Source: Podarcis melisellensis
Lineage: Eukaryota
DNA: 64,000 nt
Direction: 5' to 3' (one strand)
Assembly (NCBI GenBank): GCA_964234715.1
Contig: OZ174279.1
A program made the position numbers and the translations under genes. Positions 25,143-38,400 of the stretch are shown here, piece by piece (the stretch's first letter is position 1; each line of letters begins with the position of its first letter). The notes under the pieces were generated by a model, which was not told where the DNA came from, did not search any database, and worked only from the letters and a program-made list of their open reading frames with translations.

Positions 25143-28100
25143 TATATTTTTTCCTATCTATTTTTTTTGTGGTTTGCTTGTTTCTACTGTACTCCAACTC
25201 CTGGCCCACAAATCCTGTATGCTGGGATATTCTTAAACAAATCTTTACCATTTTACTGCTAATTATTTTAAGGGCTGTTGCTTGTTGGTAATCTAGTTAT
25301 TTCAAATAATTAACTTCGATGTTACTTCAGTTAATTAACTTGAACCAATTAATTTCTTGTTTTATAGATACTCCTTGTCCCATCCAAGCACTTGGGGTCA
25401 GAAAGCACTTTCTGCTACATGGCGGCAGGGCGGGGGGACTAATCAATGAGGATCTTTTTGCTGCTAAGGATGCTCAGATTCTGTGTTTCTAATGTGCAGT
25501 TAAAAGACAGTGGTTGGGATACTAGGGATCCTCTCACACCAGGTGTTTTTTATTGTACAGATATAGAGGTCAAGAGTTAAGACATCCTGCTATGCAGCGC
25601 CAAACATCCAGCATGGAATGCCTGTCTTGGTGTCAGAATAGCAAGCTGAGTTTACCAAGCATATTTGTTCCTAGCTGTCCCGTACAATAGTGTGTGCTAT
25701 CTTAAGTCTGCATGAGGATGCAGGCAGAAACATTTTGAGAGACAAGGCTGCTATTTTGAACAGCTTTCAAAATGTTGTATGATGTGTCTAATTTTAGGTA
25801 CTCTTTCAGAGATGGCTTTGTTTACTGTTTTGGTATATTGAAACTTGCCACGAGCCTCTGTGATAGGGTAGGTTCAGTGGTAGTAAAACTGCTGCTCCCT
25901 AAGCATCAACTCAAGAGTAGCATAGCAGATTATTAACCTATTTTCTATTTATAATCCAAATTCACTGGGTTACAGGCTAGTGCTCAGAGCACACTCATTA
26001 GTTCTATTTTTTATTATCTCTGCGTTTGCTTGTAGAAAAATGCCTAATAACTTCCATAATTTAATTCCATCAGTTGGAGCAGGGGGTACTTGTGGCTTTC
26101 TTAACACTGAGGCTTAATGTGTTGGGACTTGTGAAGCTCACTGAGATTTTTGTGATAGAGGATGTTGTCAAGTTCAAAGTGATGCTGTTGATTAGCCCTG
26201 CCATTAACCATCTGCTCCAGTTGGTTAAAGTGCCACTGAAGAACAATCAAAAGAGCCTGCGTTTCAAATAGATTAAATTACAACTTTTTGCATCTGATAT
26301 TAAAGAAGGAGCTGTCGCTTGTTAGCTTTTGTAAGCATTTGATTATCTGTATTCCCCCCCCCCCCCAGTTTTCCTGAAACCAAGGGGACAATAAGCACTG
26401 ACTGCTTTCAGGCATTGACTTCAGTAGCATGACATGCAAGTGCTATGTAAGCTGCCCTCCTGACACTGCCCGCCCGCCCGTTGCTTTCCCCTGGATTATC
26501 TGCGCTGTGTAGGTGACATCTATTCCCCATGGTGGCAAACTAGGTCATCTGATTTTTATTTGCTTCCTAGGAGGGGGAAGCAGATCAACCACTATGTCTC
26601 CTGGAGCATCAGAACAAATGCTTGTGAGGCAAAAAGGTGCAGTGTCTGTAGGGAGACAACGTAAAAGCAGGAGAATGAACACTGCTTTGGTGGTTGGTTT
26701 GGCTCTCACCTTCAGATACTGCGAATTCAGTTCAAAGTGTTAGCCGGCAAAGACTGTCAGCCCCTAGGTGCCCAAAGGGATGCTTTTCATTCCACATGAA
26801 GGGAATCCTGCATATCTCGGCTGAGATGTGTCACTGTTCTGTGTTGTATCTGTCCTGGAGAGCCAGGAGATTGAATAATGCCAAATTAATGGAGAACTAG
26901 GTGCAAAAAAGGGCCACTATGTTGTTAAATTGAAATAGCTGTATTGAATCCCGTCAAGGGAAATGGTGGGTATAAAAAATGTATAAATAAATATATGGAG
27001 AGCAACCAAATTTTTAGTTTAAAGAGAGCAGGGCAAGTCAGAAAGGTGATATGCAGGTGCCAAACAAATGGACCATTATAGTGACATTCCTCTCTTCTCC
27101 TTGAGGTAGAGGAGGATAGTTTTCACCTGCTGTACCTCTTCCTGGTGAAAGGTGAATTCTGGACACTAGGATGAGGGATGGCCCTATTTTCTTAATAGGG
27201 TTCAAGATCTTTACAGAGCTGCTTTTTCTTACCATGTTCTCTTCCCTGTCTTTGCTAATTAGAGGCCCATGGTACCCAGACCACAGTAAGAAAGAAAATA
27301 TGCCCTATGCCAGCCTGTTACTTTAAGATTACCCAGTTTTTCTAGCCCTTGGTTCTCCTCTGGTGGGGAGTCATGTCCTTCCTGCCAATTTCCCAATGCG
27401 TAGGCTGGGGAAAGGCTGCTAGGCTGCTGTCTCCTAGGTGCCATTGCTACCTTGCCTGATTCATCCCCTGGTTAAGAGCCATCTGTCAGGCAGAACCAGC
27501 ATGGGTCAAGCCTTAAAAGCTGCACTGTTGCAAACAAAATTGGTTGTCCCTCAACTTCACAAATAAAATATTTTTGCTCTCTGATGTCTTTAGTTTTACA
27601 CCAATAGCTTTAAATTTTTTTTGGGAAGCGTGTTGGTTTCTTTTAACTGTACTTGGAATCTGAAAGTCAGCAAGATGGTCAGGTATATGGTTCTATCCCT
27701 CTTCTGACGATGGGCAGATAAGGATCTGTATTGAACGTACCATATGATTGCCTGGCAACCATTCCTCTTGCCACCAGTAGCAGCTTCTGAATGCTTTGCT
27801 CCAGTGAAGCAAGCGAACAATCAAAATAAAACAAAGCTCCCCCCCCCCATAAGCAAGGCAATAGTTTATCTTCTTGACAAAGAGGCAGATGGTCTCACAG
27901 ATACGTAGTTCCATCCCCCTGAAATAATTAAAGTCTCTATTTCCCCCCCTTAAAGGGAATTTGGTATGGGACAACAGAATCTGTCACTACATCCTCCGTG
28001 CCAAAAAGTTCCAGATCTAGAGGACTTCCTAAAGCTTCTTAATTCTTATTCAAAGGTAGGCTCTGATTCTTCATTTAACAGATGACAGAGCTACCTCCCA

Positions 28101-28917
28101 GCTTTTACCCTGCCCTGCTTTCTAGTTTCCCAAGTTATGCTGTTTGACTAGGATATATCCATCCCTGTATGGAAGATCAGATCAGATCACTTGCACATTC
28201 ACAGCCAGCATTCCAGACCATTCTTTTCCTTTGTGCCATCTGAGTGTGTGTTTTAAAAGAAAAGAGTCAGACAGGTATGGTGTTTTGAACTGCCCTGATT
28301 TTGCCTCAGAGGTCTCCCACACATTGTGGATAATGTGCCAAACCTACTATCAGCTTAGCTAAAATGTTTGTCCCTTCCTAAACCTGACCTTTGTCTCTGC
28401 TCATGGGAGGAGCAGCTCACACTCCTCTACTGCCCAGCACAAAGTAACTGTTTGTGTCAATTGTCCATTACTTTCCTTTGTACCACATGGTAGTTCTTCT
28501 CTCCAGCCAATTCCTGGCCAAGAAACTGATTCAGCCTGCATTTTTACACTGCTAAGCTGTCTTGCACCTGGGTGAGGACTTCAGGCATTTAGTGATCTGC
28601 ATTCACAAACTAGAAACTACTGGGGGGAATATCTGGTACCCATGACTTTTAGGGGGTCCTATGCAAATCCATAGCAATGCATACATAGAACAATAAATAA
28701 GATTTGTAACATTTGTGTGCACATGATATTTTTAAACCAGTCATTAAACCATGAAGAACCTTTCACGGAAGCAGGCAAACAGTTTCAGACGTCACAACCC
28801 CTGATAGTAAAATCTAACCACTCCCAAAGGTCCCGGGCAAAGATGTGCATCCTCATCTATCGAGAGGACACCAATAGCATCAGCACAAGATGCACCTCAG
28901 AAGAGAGATCTATCTTT

Positions 28918-28984
28918 CCACCAAATAAAAGGTCTTCTCCTGCACTGGGGGGGACCACCAAATAAAAGGTCTTCTCCTGCACTG
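28918..28984. repeat. Perfect 30-bp direct repeat with 7-nt spacer
   Basis: ccaccaaataaaaggtcttctcctgcactg at 28918-28947 and 28955-28984, spacer GGGGGGA. Confidence 0.95.
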
Positions 28985-30002
28985 TCACCTGTAAATGCAA
29001 TTTGCAGGTGGAATCACAAAGACTGTCTCCTCTATAAGTCTTAATGCACAAGCAGGTCAATATTTCTTTTGAAGATGGGGTCCCAAGTTGTTTAGGGCTT
29101 TTTATAAGGACCCAGAATCTGGCTAAGAAGAGAATTGACAATCCTTTTTGACCCCATAAAATTTCCCACTATCTAGTCTCAGTGCCAACATGGAAAAGAG
29201 GACTGAATCTTTAGCTGGACAGATAGCTATCCCACAGAGGAAGAGTTAAAAAAAATCATATTTTTTTTAGCTCTCTGTCTTTTCTGACCCACGCTCAAGG
29301 TATCATGAGTTTTGGTGCAGAGGAGGCAGTTTGGCATGACGTGGGCTTTATTTTATCAGCATGAAACAACTCTCTTGCTGCTTCTCTGTCACAATTGCTG
29401 CAGTTACTTTTCCAGGAGGTTATACAGGAATATAAAGTAGGTCATGCTGTGCACTGTGGATTCCGTGCAATCCCAAATATGGAAACCTGCCTGTGCAGTC
29501 TATAAGTGGGACATTCTAGAAAGTTCTGGAAGATTAGAAGTGCCACCACTGTCTTCTTTACCCAGGTATTTTGGTGTTCTTTACATGGAGTGAGGGAGTT
29601 TAACCAACACCTTTTGGCTCAGTTTCTTTATGACCACGTAGTGAGCAGCAGCAGAAAGGGATCTCTCATCATTTGGTAGTTCTGTAAGTTGTTGTTCTCA
29701 TTCTCTTCCCCACCTCTAACTCTGTATGGATAGGGTATTGCTAAACCAAATGTGCCATGACTTCTTCCATCCCTTCCAAATTCTCTGAATTGGCCCGTCC
29801 TTGTCATTGCCTAGTTTGTCAACATTGTGAAGGCATCAGCCTTGTAGCGCTTCTTGAACTCTTCATCAACACTGCCTTTGGAATCTTTAGGCTCAGAAGC
29901 CTTTTGCTACTCAGTGCCATTACTGTATTTCATCACCTAAGCAGTTGTGGCTAAGCCTTGTGCCGGTGCCCCCTTTGTATCAGCACGTTAAGAAGCTTTA
30001 TA

Positions 30003-30207
30003 CAGTGGTACCTCTAGTTACGGACTCGATCCGTTCCAGGGTGCTGTTTGCACCCCGAAAAGTCCGCAGCTAGAGTGCCACTTCTGTGCACTCGTGAGAC
30101 ACACAGAGCGCTTCTGCGCATGCACGCGGGGTGAAACCCGGAAGTATGCACTTCCAGGTTTGCCGCGTTCGTATCCTGAAAAAATGCAACCGGAGACTGA
30201 CGTAAGA
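30003..30207. mobile_element. Tc1/mariner MITE lacking its right terminal repeat
   Basis: TA|cagtggtacctc start; shares gatccgttcc, cttctgcgcatgc and gaaacccggaagta with 15380-15625. Confidence 0.8.
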
Positions 30208-30730
30208 TAGTTCCAAAGATAGTTGTGGAGTCTTTGAAAGCACCAAGCTATGCTGATGTCTGTCCAGCACGACTTCAGAGGTGCCATTCACAGTGACAAC
30301 ATCGGTAATTCTCAGCTGTCTGGGCATTTAGAGTGAGTTAACATGAACACTGTTGTGAGCACTTGATTCTTCTAAGCCTGTCCCTTTCCCACCTGGACTG
30401 TCTGACTAGTGTTGCTCTGCTGTTGAAGTAAGTTAATAAAATTGTTGACTGGATTGATTCTGAATTACACTCTGTATTACTAAAAGAAATTAAATGCTAG
30501 ATGAAGACATCACTGCTCAGATGTCCTAGGATTCAAGACTTTGTTAGGCTAAAATACTGGGTTTTGTATAGAAACAATAATTTAGAAGAGGAAGTCTCCT
30601 CTTGCATGTCAACTTCCCAAATCATATATTCACAGCAACATTAATACTTGTGTCAGACTTTAAAAATAAGTAATGATATACACAGCTTTTCCTTTATGGG
30701 CATTATCTCTGTGTAGGCAAAATCACCAGA

Positions 30731-31223
30731 GGGTGGTATTTTGGCTACTACATGCAGTCAATGCAAGGATTTCTGCTTGCACACTAGGACTTCCTCCCCT
30801 CTCTTGTTCCTGTTCTGTGCCCTCCTCTAAACTACTCCGGAGGGCTGAGGGAACGCCTAGAACAAATTTAGGGGGTATGCATGCAGGGCTGTAGCTAGGG
30901 AGTGGTGAAGTGGGCCCCCGCCAGGGGTGCACAAAATCAGCTTAAAAATATGTCCATAAATATTGAGTATTGCCTCATAAGAAATGGTTTTAAATAGAGG
31001 GTAAATTGAATGGGTGGAGGGAGGGGGGTTGTAGGAAAGGCAGAAAGAAGAGCTAATTTGTCCATGGCTAGGGGGTGCAATCTGGACGGTTCTGCCAGGG
31101 GCGCAAGATCACCTAGCTAAGGCTCTGCATGCAGGGGGAGAAGAGGGAGAGAATGTTCTATTGGTCAAGCAGAAATCTTTGCGCTGATGGAGTTTTCACT
31201 TTAGCACTATGTTGAATACAACC
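30731..31223. mobile_element. Palindromic MITE-like host element split by an insertion
   Basis: gggtggtatt ... gttgaatacaacc ends; halves 30731-30883 and 31128-31223 join to match 24950-25142. Confidence 0.7.
30884..31127. mobile_element. hAT-like non-autonomous element nested in a MITE
   Basis: Terminal inverted repeats cagggctgtagctagg / cctagctaaggctctg (13/16 match); 8-bp flanks tatgcatg and catgcagg (6/8). Confidence 0.7.
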
Positions 31224-32277
31224 TAGACATGATTCTGCTGAGAAGGGATAATGGGGCAAGTCCATTAGGAGCGGGGAACTAAGCAATAGGAAAATAAAGA
31301 CAAGAAAATAATAAAGAGAACTATTTGACTTGGGGCAAATGAGCGATTTTAAAATAGGAAAAAGCAGCTAACATATTAATCCCTGCTGTGCAGCCTCTGT
31401 GTTCTTTTTGCAAATTATTTCTGGATGTCATCTAATCCTTCTAAAACTTAGGAAATACAGGCTTGTCTCTGTACGCAATGCTATGTAATCAGAGGAAATT
31501 AACCAGATGAAGTGAAGGGAGCTAACTAAATTGATAAATCATTGACGGTAAGGAGTTGTGTATGTGCTGTATCTAATTGCATTTTGTAAATTAATGCCCA
31601 ACATGTTCCTGAAGGGTTGGTGTGCTGAACATATATGCAAAAATATGCTAAAATACCCCAGTGAGGCTTTGAAATCTGCCTGTTCATAGATCATTGTGCA
31701 CATCACCTTCAATTGCTCTGGACAGCTTCTAACAGGGACTTTTTGCAGCCCTTGAATTTATGCAGTGGAAATTCACAATGGAAATTGAACAAACCTCAGA
31801 GTCACGGAATAAATCAAATCTCATTTCTCCATGTGTGAAGGGTGGGCTTTTTGTCCTGTCCCTTTGCCTTTCCAGCAACTTTTAAATTGTACTGTTTTCA
31901 CACCACCAGGTCAGATCCACCTTTCCTTTTAATGATCAGTTCTTAGTGCTTGGCCACTTCCCTGAACCTTTTTTAAAAAAGAAAAAAAAATCAGAGCTAA
32001 TGGCTTCTCAGATGCCTGGTGCCTTGCTATAGCTCTGTAACTTTACTTCTTGCATGAGAATTGTTAGGCAGAAAGAATGATGGCCCTCTCAGGAATATAG
32101 TAAGCTGCTTTATATTGAATCAGGCCATTGAGCTCGTGTATTCTCTGCACCAATGATGGTAAATCTGTGGCCCTCAAGATTTTGCAGGGCTACAGTTCCA
32201 GTAATCCGTGAGCCATGCTCGCTGGGGCTGATGGGATTTAGAGGGCCAGAGGTTTCCCAATCCTTTTCTGTACCAAG

Positions 32278-32390
32278 TGGTAGTAGTTCTCCAGGAAAGG
32301 GAGTCTTTCCCACCCCTTTCTGGAGACACCAGGAATTGAACCTGTAAGACCAGGTTCTGCATACTAAGGAGACACTGTACTACTGAGCCT
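32278..32390 (-). mobile_element. Squam2-like SINE fragment
   Basis: ctggagacaccaggaattgaacctg...ctgcat...tactgagc; minus strand has a GGTTCAATTCC B box. Confidence 0.55.
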
Positions 32391-35139
32391 TGAGCATTCT
32401 TTAGGCTCACTTGTAACACAGTTGGTTGGCAGTACAGGCCAGAATTCCTAAATGTTTTCTATGAAATGCTTCTTTCACTGATAAGAAAATCTTAAATAAT
32501 TTGAATGCACCGCTTCTTTTCTTTTCTTTTTTCATTTAGGCCAGGGGTGGCGGGAGACCTCTGGCCTTCCATATGTTGGTCTGCAGATTCCATCAACTCC
32601 AGCCAGAGGTTCCCCATGGATGTACATACAGGTTGTAAATAAGGTTACTCAGGGCTGTAAATACTGTAACATCAGAATATTGGGCTGCAGTCTGGAGAAC
32701 TGCACAATTCCCCTCTCTATTTTTAAGGCAGATATTTGGACACCAAGACTGGCACTATAAAAGAGGATTGCCTTAATTTTTATTGTATACTTGGAATCCT
32801 ATTGATTCTCTGCCTCTTTGTAGAGAGGAGGGCAGAGGTTTTTTTTATAGCCATGAGAGACTGTGTAACCACTTTCCAAAATCTTAAACAGAATGGCTTG
32901 TTTAATATCCACCCCACATTTCTTTAGTAGCCCCTACAGAGTCCACCCCCAAGCCTTAGCAGATATGGTTTGGCATGTTGGATTTGTGCACTACTTGGTG
33001 GGGGATATTGAAGAAGTGGGTTTTGGGGTGTTAGCTGTAAATTCTTAGTCTAATAGTTATGCATAGTACTAGTCTCTCCTGCCTTAACCATTGCTTGAGA
33101 ACATTTTTTGTTGGGGGGGGGGGTAGTGCTTTTTACACCCTTGAAAAACCTGACTGGCATTTTCTCCCCTTATCTTCTGAGCTGTACTTACTAAAGGTTG
33201 CAATGATGAGACTAGCCATAGCATATAAGTTTGCTCATGGCCATGAAGGGTTATCTTTTCCAAAGCCTACCTCACTATCAGGGCTTATAGTTCTACTCAT
33301 TCCCTCATCCTTGATGGGGAGCCATATGCCTAGATCAGATGTTTTCAACCTTTTTGAGTTATGTCACCCCTTCCCTGCAGAGCTGGCTCCCTCTCACTCT
33401 TTCTTGAACACGCTCCCTTGTGGAGTGTTCCCTCAGCCTCCTCTCCCCTCTCATTGGGAGTCCTCTGAGCTGCCTGTCCCCCACCCTCTAATAAATGTGC
33501 TTCCTCACACTGCCCCACAGATATCTGGGACTTGTCTGTCCATTCCCCAACAGTGGGTCTGCAGCTCCCAAGTCTCTAAAGCTTTTTGATTGCACTGTAG
33601 GTTAATACTGGCTCTTTGTTTTGTAAAGGTAATTTCATCCAGAAGAAATCTATCAGGCTTGTATGTGTGTGCCCAGCACAGAGAAGTCAGCTGCCTTGCC
33701 TGGACCTGCAGCAGCCTCTAGGGTGGAGTTTGGCAGATGTTTTGCATTGGCAGTGGTATCATGAAGGGTACAGCAACGAATTGCTCCCCTGATTAAATCT
33801 GCAGGGTGCACTTTAGGGAATCGGGATTGAATTACCGGAGCTGGAACTTGTTCAAAAGCCTGAGGATCATCCCTGCTGTGATTAACAACAAAAACAAACC
33901 AACTGTTGGTTCTCTTCTGCTTCAGACATTAACTCCCTGGGTTGCACCTGTGCCCCTACTCCCCCCCCCCCCAGTGCACTGCATAAAAACGGGGAGTGGT
34001 AACTATTATGGATTCTGTAGGCAAGATTATCTGCATTTTGCTGTGGAAGTGGGGGAGATAAATTCAGTTAATTAAAAAGGAAAAGCGTATTGACCTTTTG
34101 ATTAAACAAAGCATCTCAATATATAACATAGACCCTTTTCAGTTTTGCTCTATGGAAGCTTACAATTTTTTAAGCAACGGGAGTAGGTTCAGTTGGAGGT
34201 GATATCCTCTGGTGTGAGAGCTATCTCACCCTTCCCTGCACCTGCGCCAGTGATCCTTCCTTCTGATCACCATTGCCTGTTTGAGCTTTGCCTTCCCACT
34301 TCCTACAGTTGAAGATGCCCCATGATGTTATTGTGCTCCCTTTTTGTCAGTTGTAGTCCTAAGAAGCAATTTATCTTGGTGCCCAGCCTCAGTGACCTGT
34401 TTCGCAAATCATGGTAGTAGTACTCGTGATCCAGAACTAAACTTACTATGGGTTATATAACACTAACTTTGCCGTAGCAACTGTCGAAGAAAGGACTGGT
34501 ACTGCTTTGGAATGATAGGGAATAAAGAAACAATAGTGTTTGTTTAAACAATAATTTTTGAGGAAGGGGGGGGGTTGAGAGAAGTGCTAATGTGCCTGGA
34601 TTGCATAAGCAAAAGGAGTGCAAGCAGCATAAATGGTATTTTCCCTAGTGAATTGTAGCCACGTGATTCTCATTGACTTGAATGGGTGTCGTGCTGCTAA
34701 AACACTTTTAAATTCAGCCCATTTAATGGCCAGGCTGGGAGCCAGCGGGAAATTACTGCCGTTGCTAATACATGCTTGCATCTTTGCAAAATCTGAGAGT
34801 AAACCTAGGTGGAGGAACTGTGGGTTTTTTGTACTCTCCTCTCCACCTCCAACCACATCATTTTTCCTCTTCACTGAAACTCTGCCCATGTCAGACTGTG
34901 GTCCCTGCCCCCTCTACAGTCTTGAACAGTGCACAGCACAAGGCCTGTTCTAGTTGGTAACTTTGAACTACTGCTAGACCATTTTGCTGTGTCCTCATGA
35001 GGATCTGGGCTGTGTGGAGAAGTGATTTGCTAGCCTCTTGGAGTATTGCAACAATAATGCCGTCTACTGTGCAGTAAAGCAAATGAAAGATGATCTTCTC
35101 CCCAGATTTCCAGCTGTGTTGGCCTTGGGGTCCTGGCTG

Positions 35140-35690
35140 TGTCATGACTCTAGAGTCTAGCAGCAAACCAGACTCTGAGGCTGCAGAGGCTGCAGCTAAG
35201 GAGCTGAACCAGATTTAGGGCTCTGAGCCTGCTGTTGGAGATTGGAAGACCAGTGAGGCTGACTGACGAGAGCACCCAGAACAATCTCTCACACCACCAG
35301 GATCTATAGGACCAGAGCCAAGACCCTAATGGGAGCCTTCCCCCTGAGCCTGAGGAACAAAATGCCTCTCACAATAGCAGCACGGGGGGGACATAGGCAG
35401 GAGGCTATGGAACAGAGGAAGAGTGCCTGTCTTCCAGGCAGAGGATTGGCCCTTTAAAATCTAAAGTTATCCACAAAGGCAAGGAGCCTGGGAAAGGCAG
35501 TCTGGGTAGCAGAGACTAAAGAAGACTCAGTCTGCTCTCAACCTTTGTTGAATGAGTAAGTTGCTTGCTCAGAGCTATCCATGGTTCTGCAGCTCCTGCC
35601 TTGCCTTACATCTGACTGGAAGAGGACATATGCATCCCTTTTTGGAGGCTAACGAGCCTGAGTCCTAATCTCTGTATCCAAAATCCCTAC
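35140..35690 (+). mobile_element. Interspersed repeat, possibly solo-LTR-like
   Basis: Starts TGTCATG; purine-rich; weak similarity to the minus strand of 24412-24900. Boundaries uncertain. Confidence 0.35.
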
Positions 35691-36385
35691 AATATGGTGT
35701 TGGTCACATTTATGATTTGGTTAGGAACATTCCCATGAAAGAAAATGTAAAATAGGAAGTGTCAAAAAGATTCTGGTGTTCTAATAAGTTATTAGCTCTT
35801 CATTGGAAGATGAGAGTGCCTGTTCCACCCCACCCATTTCTATTAATGCTATGTATCCTTTGGTTGCAAGATCCAGTTTGTTAAAAAAATGTAAGAAATA
35901 CTGCCCGAAAACTCCTAACGTGTTGTTCCTCTCCACTAGAGGAACAAATAGGACAGTTTTGCTCTAATTCTGTCTCTGATAATTCTCCCAAGGTGTTATT
36001 CTTTTCCATCAGAGAGGAGGGATCAGGAAGAAAAGGACAATATTGTTCTAATTCTGTCAAAGCCATTTACTTGCCATTTAGGGGTATATTCTTGTTAGCC
36101 TCAGAATTTCATGTAATAGAACGCTATCCAAATTCACTTATCATGGGAGTTGGCTCTCTCTCTGGTAAGTATGAGCCCCAATTCCCTCTCTAGCTCTGAG
36201 CTTGGGAGAAGGGCAGAGGTTTGCCTCTGCTATCAAGTTATTCTTTGGAGGCACTTGCAGCACAACCCAAAGTTCAGGATGATGTCAGACAAGCTCTTGC
36301 CCCTGCTTCAGCAACGAGTAGAGTTGATGGTGAGCAGCTGTGTATCACCTTCATTTGAAAGAATCTGGAAATGGACACGAAATCT

Positions 36386-36658
36386 TAAGAACATAAGAAG
36401 CATTTGTTGGATCAGGCCAATGGCCCATCAAGTCCAGCATCCAGTCATCACACTGACCAACCAGATGCTGGTTGGGAAATCAGCAAATAGGACCCGAGCA
36501 CAAAAGCACTTGCCTCTTTTGTGGATTCCCGCAATTGATATTCATAAGCATACTGCTTCCAACCATGGAGGCAGAATATAGCCATCATGGCTAGTAGCCA
36601 TTGACAGCCTTCTTCTCCATGATAATCCTATTTTAAAGCCATCCATGTTGATGGCCAA
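36386..36658 (-). mobile_element. CR1 LINE 3' end
   Basis: taagaacataagaa tail then ttggatcaggccaatggcccatcaagtccagcatc; reverse-complement similarity to 62250-62496 and 63397-63472. Confidence 0.8.
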
Positions 36659-37704
36659 CAGTTCTACAGCACAGTCATTTAGGGAGTTTAGACATTTTAC
36701 CTTTTGTCATAGGTGGAACGCATATGCAGCCATTTTATGTGAGGATACTTGAAGCCATCCATTACTACAACAAAATTCCCATGAATTTTATCAGTCACCA
36801 GAAATTCTTTGTTGCATTGAAAATGCAAACTAGGCCCAGGTGGCAGTGCAATGTTGTTTTGAACAATTTTGAGGTTGGCAAATATTTGGTTTATTTTGGA
36901 AAGTATGCCCTTGGTTAACTCAAATCATTGACTTTGGCTACTGAGGGATGTTTTTAAAAGCTATGAACACTTAATTCATATGTGTTCCTTCCAGCTGAAC
37001 TAATGAATGTATACAGTAAACAATAGAGAGCACAGCTAAAGTAAAAAGAGCCAAATTTGTCTGGGAAGAGAATGTCTTGCCAGGTTCAGTTGTGCATCCT
37101 CTTTAAAGGGCTCCAGCTACTTTACTGTTGCCAGAATGGTGCACCCACCCACACAGAGTGAGAATCTAAGACCATTTTTAACAGCATACTTGCTAGGCCT
37201 GCCTGAGGGAGGAGCTGGACTCCAGGACAGTAACCTGTCTTCCACAAATACCATGTATAAGAAGAAGATGATTCTCCTCCTCCTCCTCCTCCTCCCCCAA
37301 CCCAGTTTGGTCCTACTTCTACTCATTTGTAATTTCTGCTAGTTGAGTTTAGTATCCGTAGTACATTATCTGAAGAATGTAGTGAGACTCAACTGATAGC
37401 TCCATCTGCTTGAACTAACACACGAGAATGACTTGATTCTGTGGTTAGTCGTACGGATAACTGCTGATAGTCTGAAACAGCACTGCTGTAAAAACCTTTC
37501 AATTTGGATCATGAACCACAGCCTGCTTAGCCATTCTGTCTACAGCTCAGCATATTTGTCTGTGGAAAAGTAGTCTCCTGCTTCAAATTCTGGCATTGTG
37601 TGTTCTATGCCTCTACAATAAAACGGAGCAGGGCACTTCGATTGATCAGGTGCTAACTATGTAACTATTGTGGATGCTGGTTTTAGTCCAGGGCTACTGC
37701 TTTA

Positions 37705-38400
37705 AATTTCTATTCCGCCTTTCCACACAATAGTGTTCAAGATAACAACAACAAATGAGATACAATGCAAAATAAAGTAATTGCACAAAATACTCAGCTG
37801 TTTTTAGAACAAGTAAAAAACAGATCAATAAAGCAGTGGCTATTTAACAAAAGGCAGGCAGTAGATGAAACAGATCAGTGGAACTGGCCAAAAGCCTGTC
37901 TAATTAGAAAGGTGTTCACTTGTCAAAAGATCGCTAGAGAAATAAGGCTTCCTAAGAAGGGAGTTCCAGGGCCTGTGCAGCCACTAAGAAGGACCCTTTT
38001 CAAGTTCTACCAAATGAATGGTGGCAGGACAGAGAGAGGAGCCTCTTCTATAGATCTTAAAACCCAGGCACGTTTGTATGGGAGAAAGTGGTCCTTAGGG
38101 TCACCTCAACCAAAGCTGTTTAAGGCATTGTTGAGCATCACCAGCAGTTTGAATTGTACTTGGAAATAGACTGTTGGCCAGTGAAGATGTTGTATGAAGA
38201 AAGTCACATACTGCCTATAACCAGCCCCGGTTAGCATCTTGGCTGCAGCATTCTGAACCAGCTGAAGTTTCAAAGCACTCTACATAGGCAACCCTACACA
38301 GAGTGAAAATATAGTAGTCCAGATGAAATGTAACCAAGACATGTGTCATATGGCCAGATCTGAAATTTCTAGGAATGGACACTGTACACTAGCCATAACT
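37705..38400 (-). mobile_element. Older L2-clade LINE 3' fragment
   Basis: Minus strand encodes KLQLVQNAAAKMLT and LHWP, plus decayed QFKLLV and WNSL motifs; frameshifted. Confidence 0.85.

Noticed and set aside
33059-33589. 176-aa ORF
   Set aside because: No recognisable domain, low-complexity composition, runs into a probable decayed repeat, no supporting splice structure.
33712-33728. CTCF-like motif gcagcctctagggtgg
   Set aside because: Mismatches in the GGC core; too weak without ChIP data.
37765-38169. 134-aa ORF on the + strand
   Set aside because: Antisense reading of a decayed L2 fragment.
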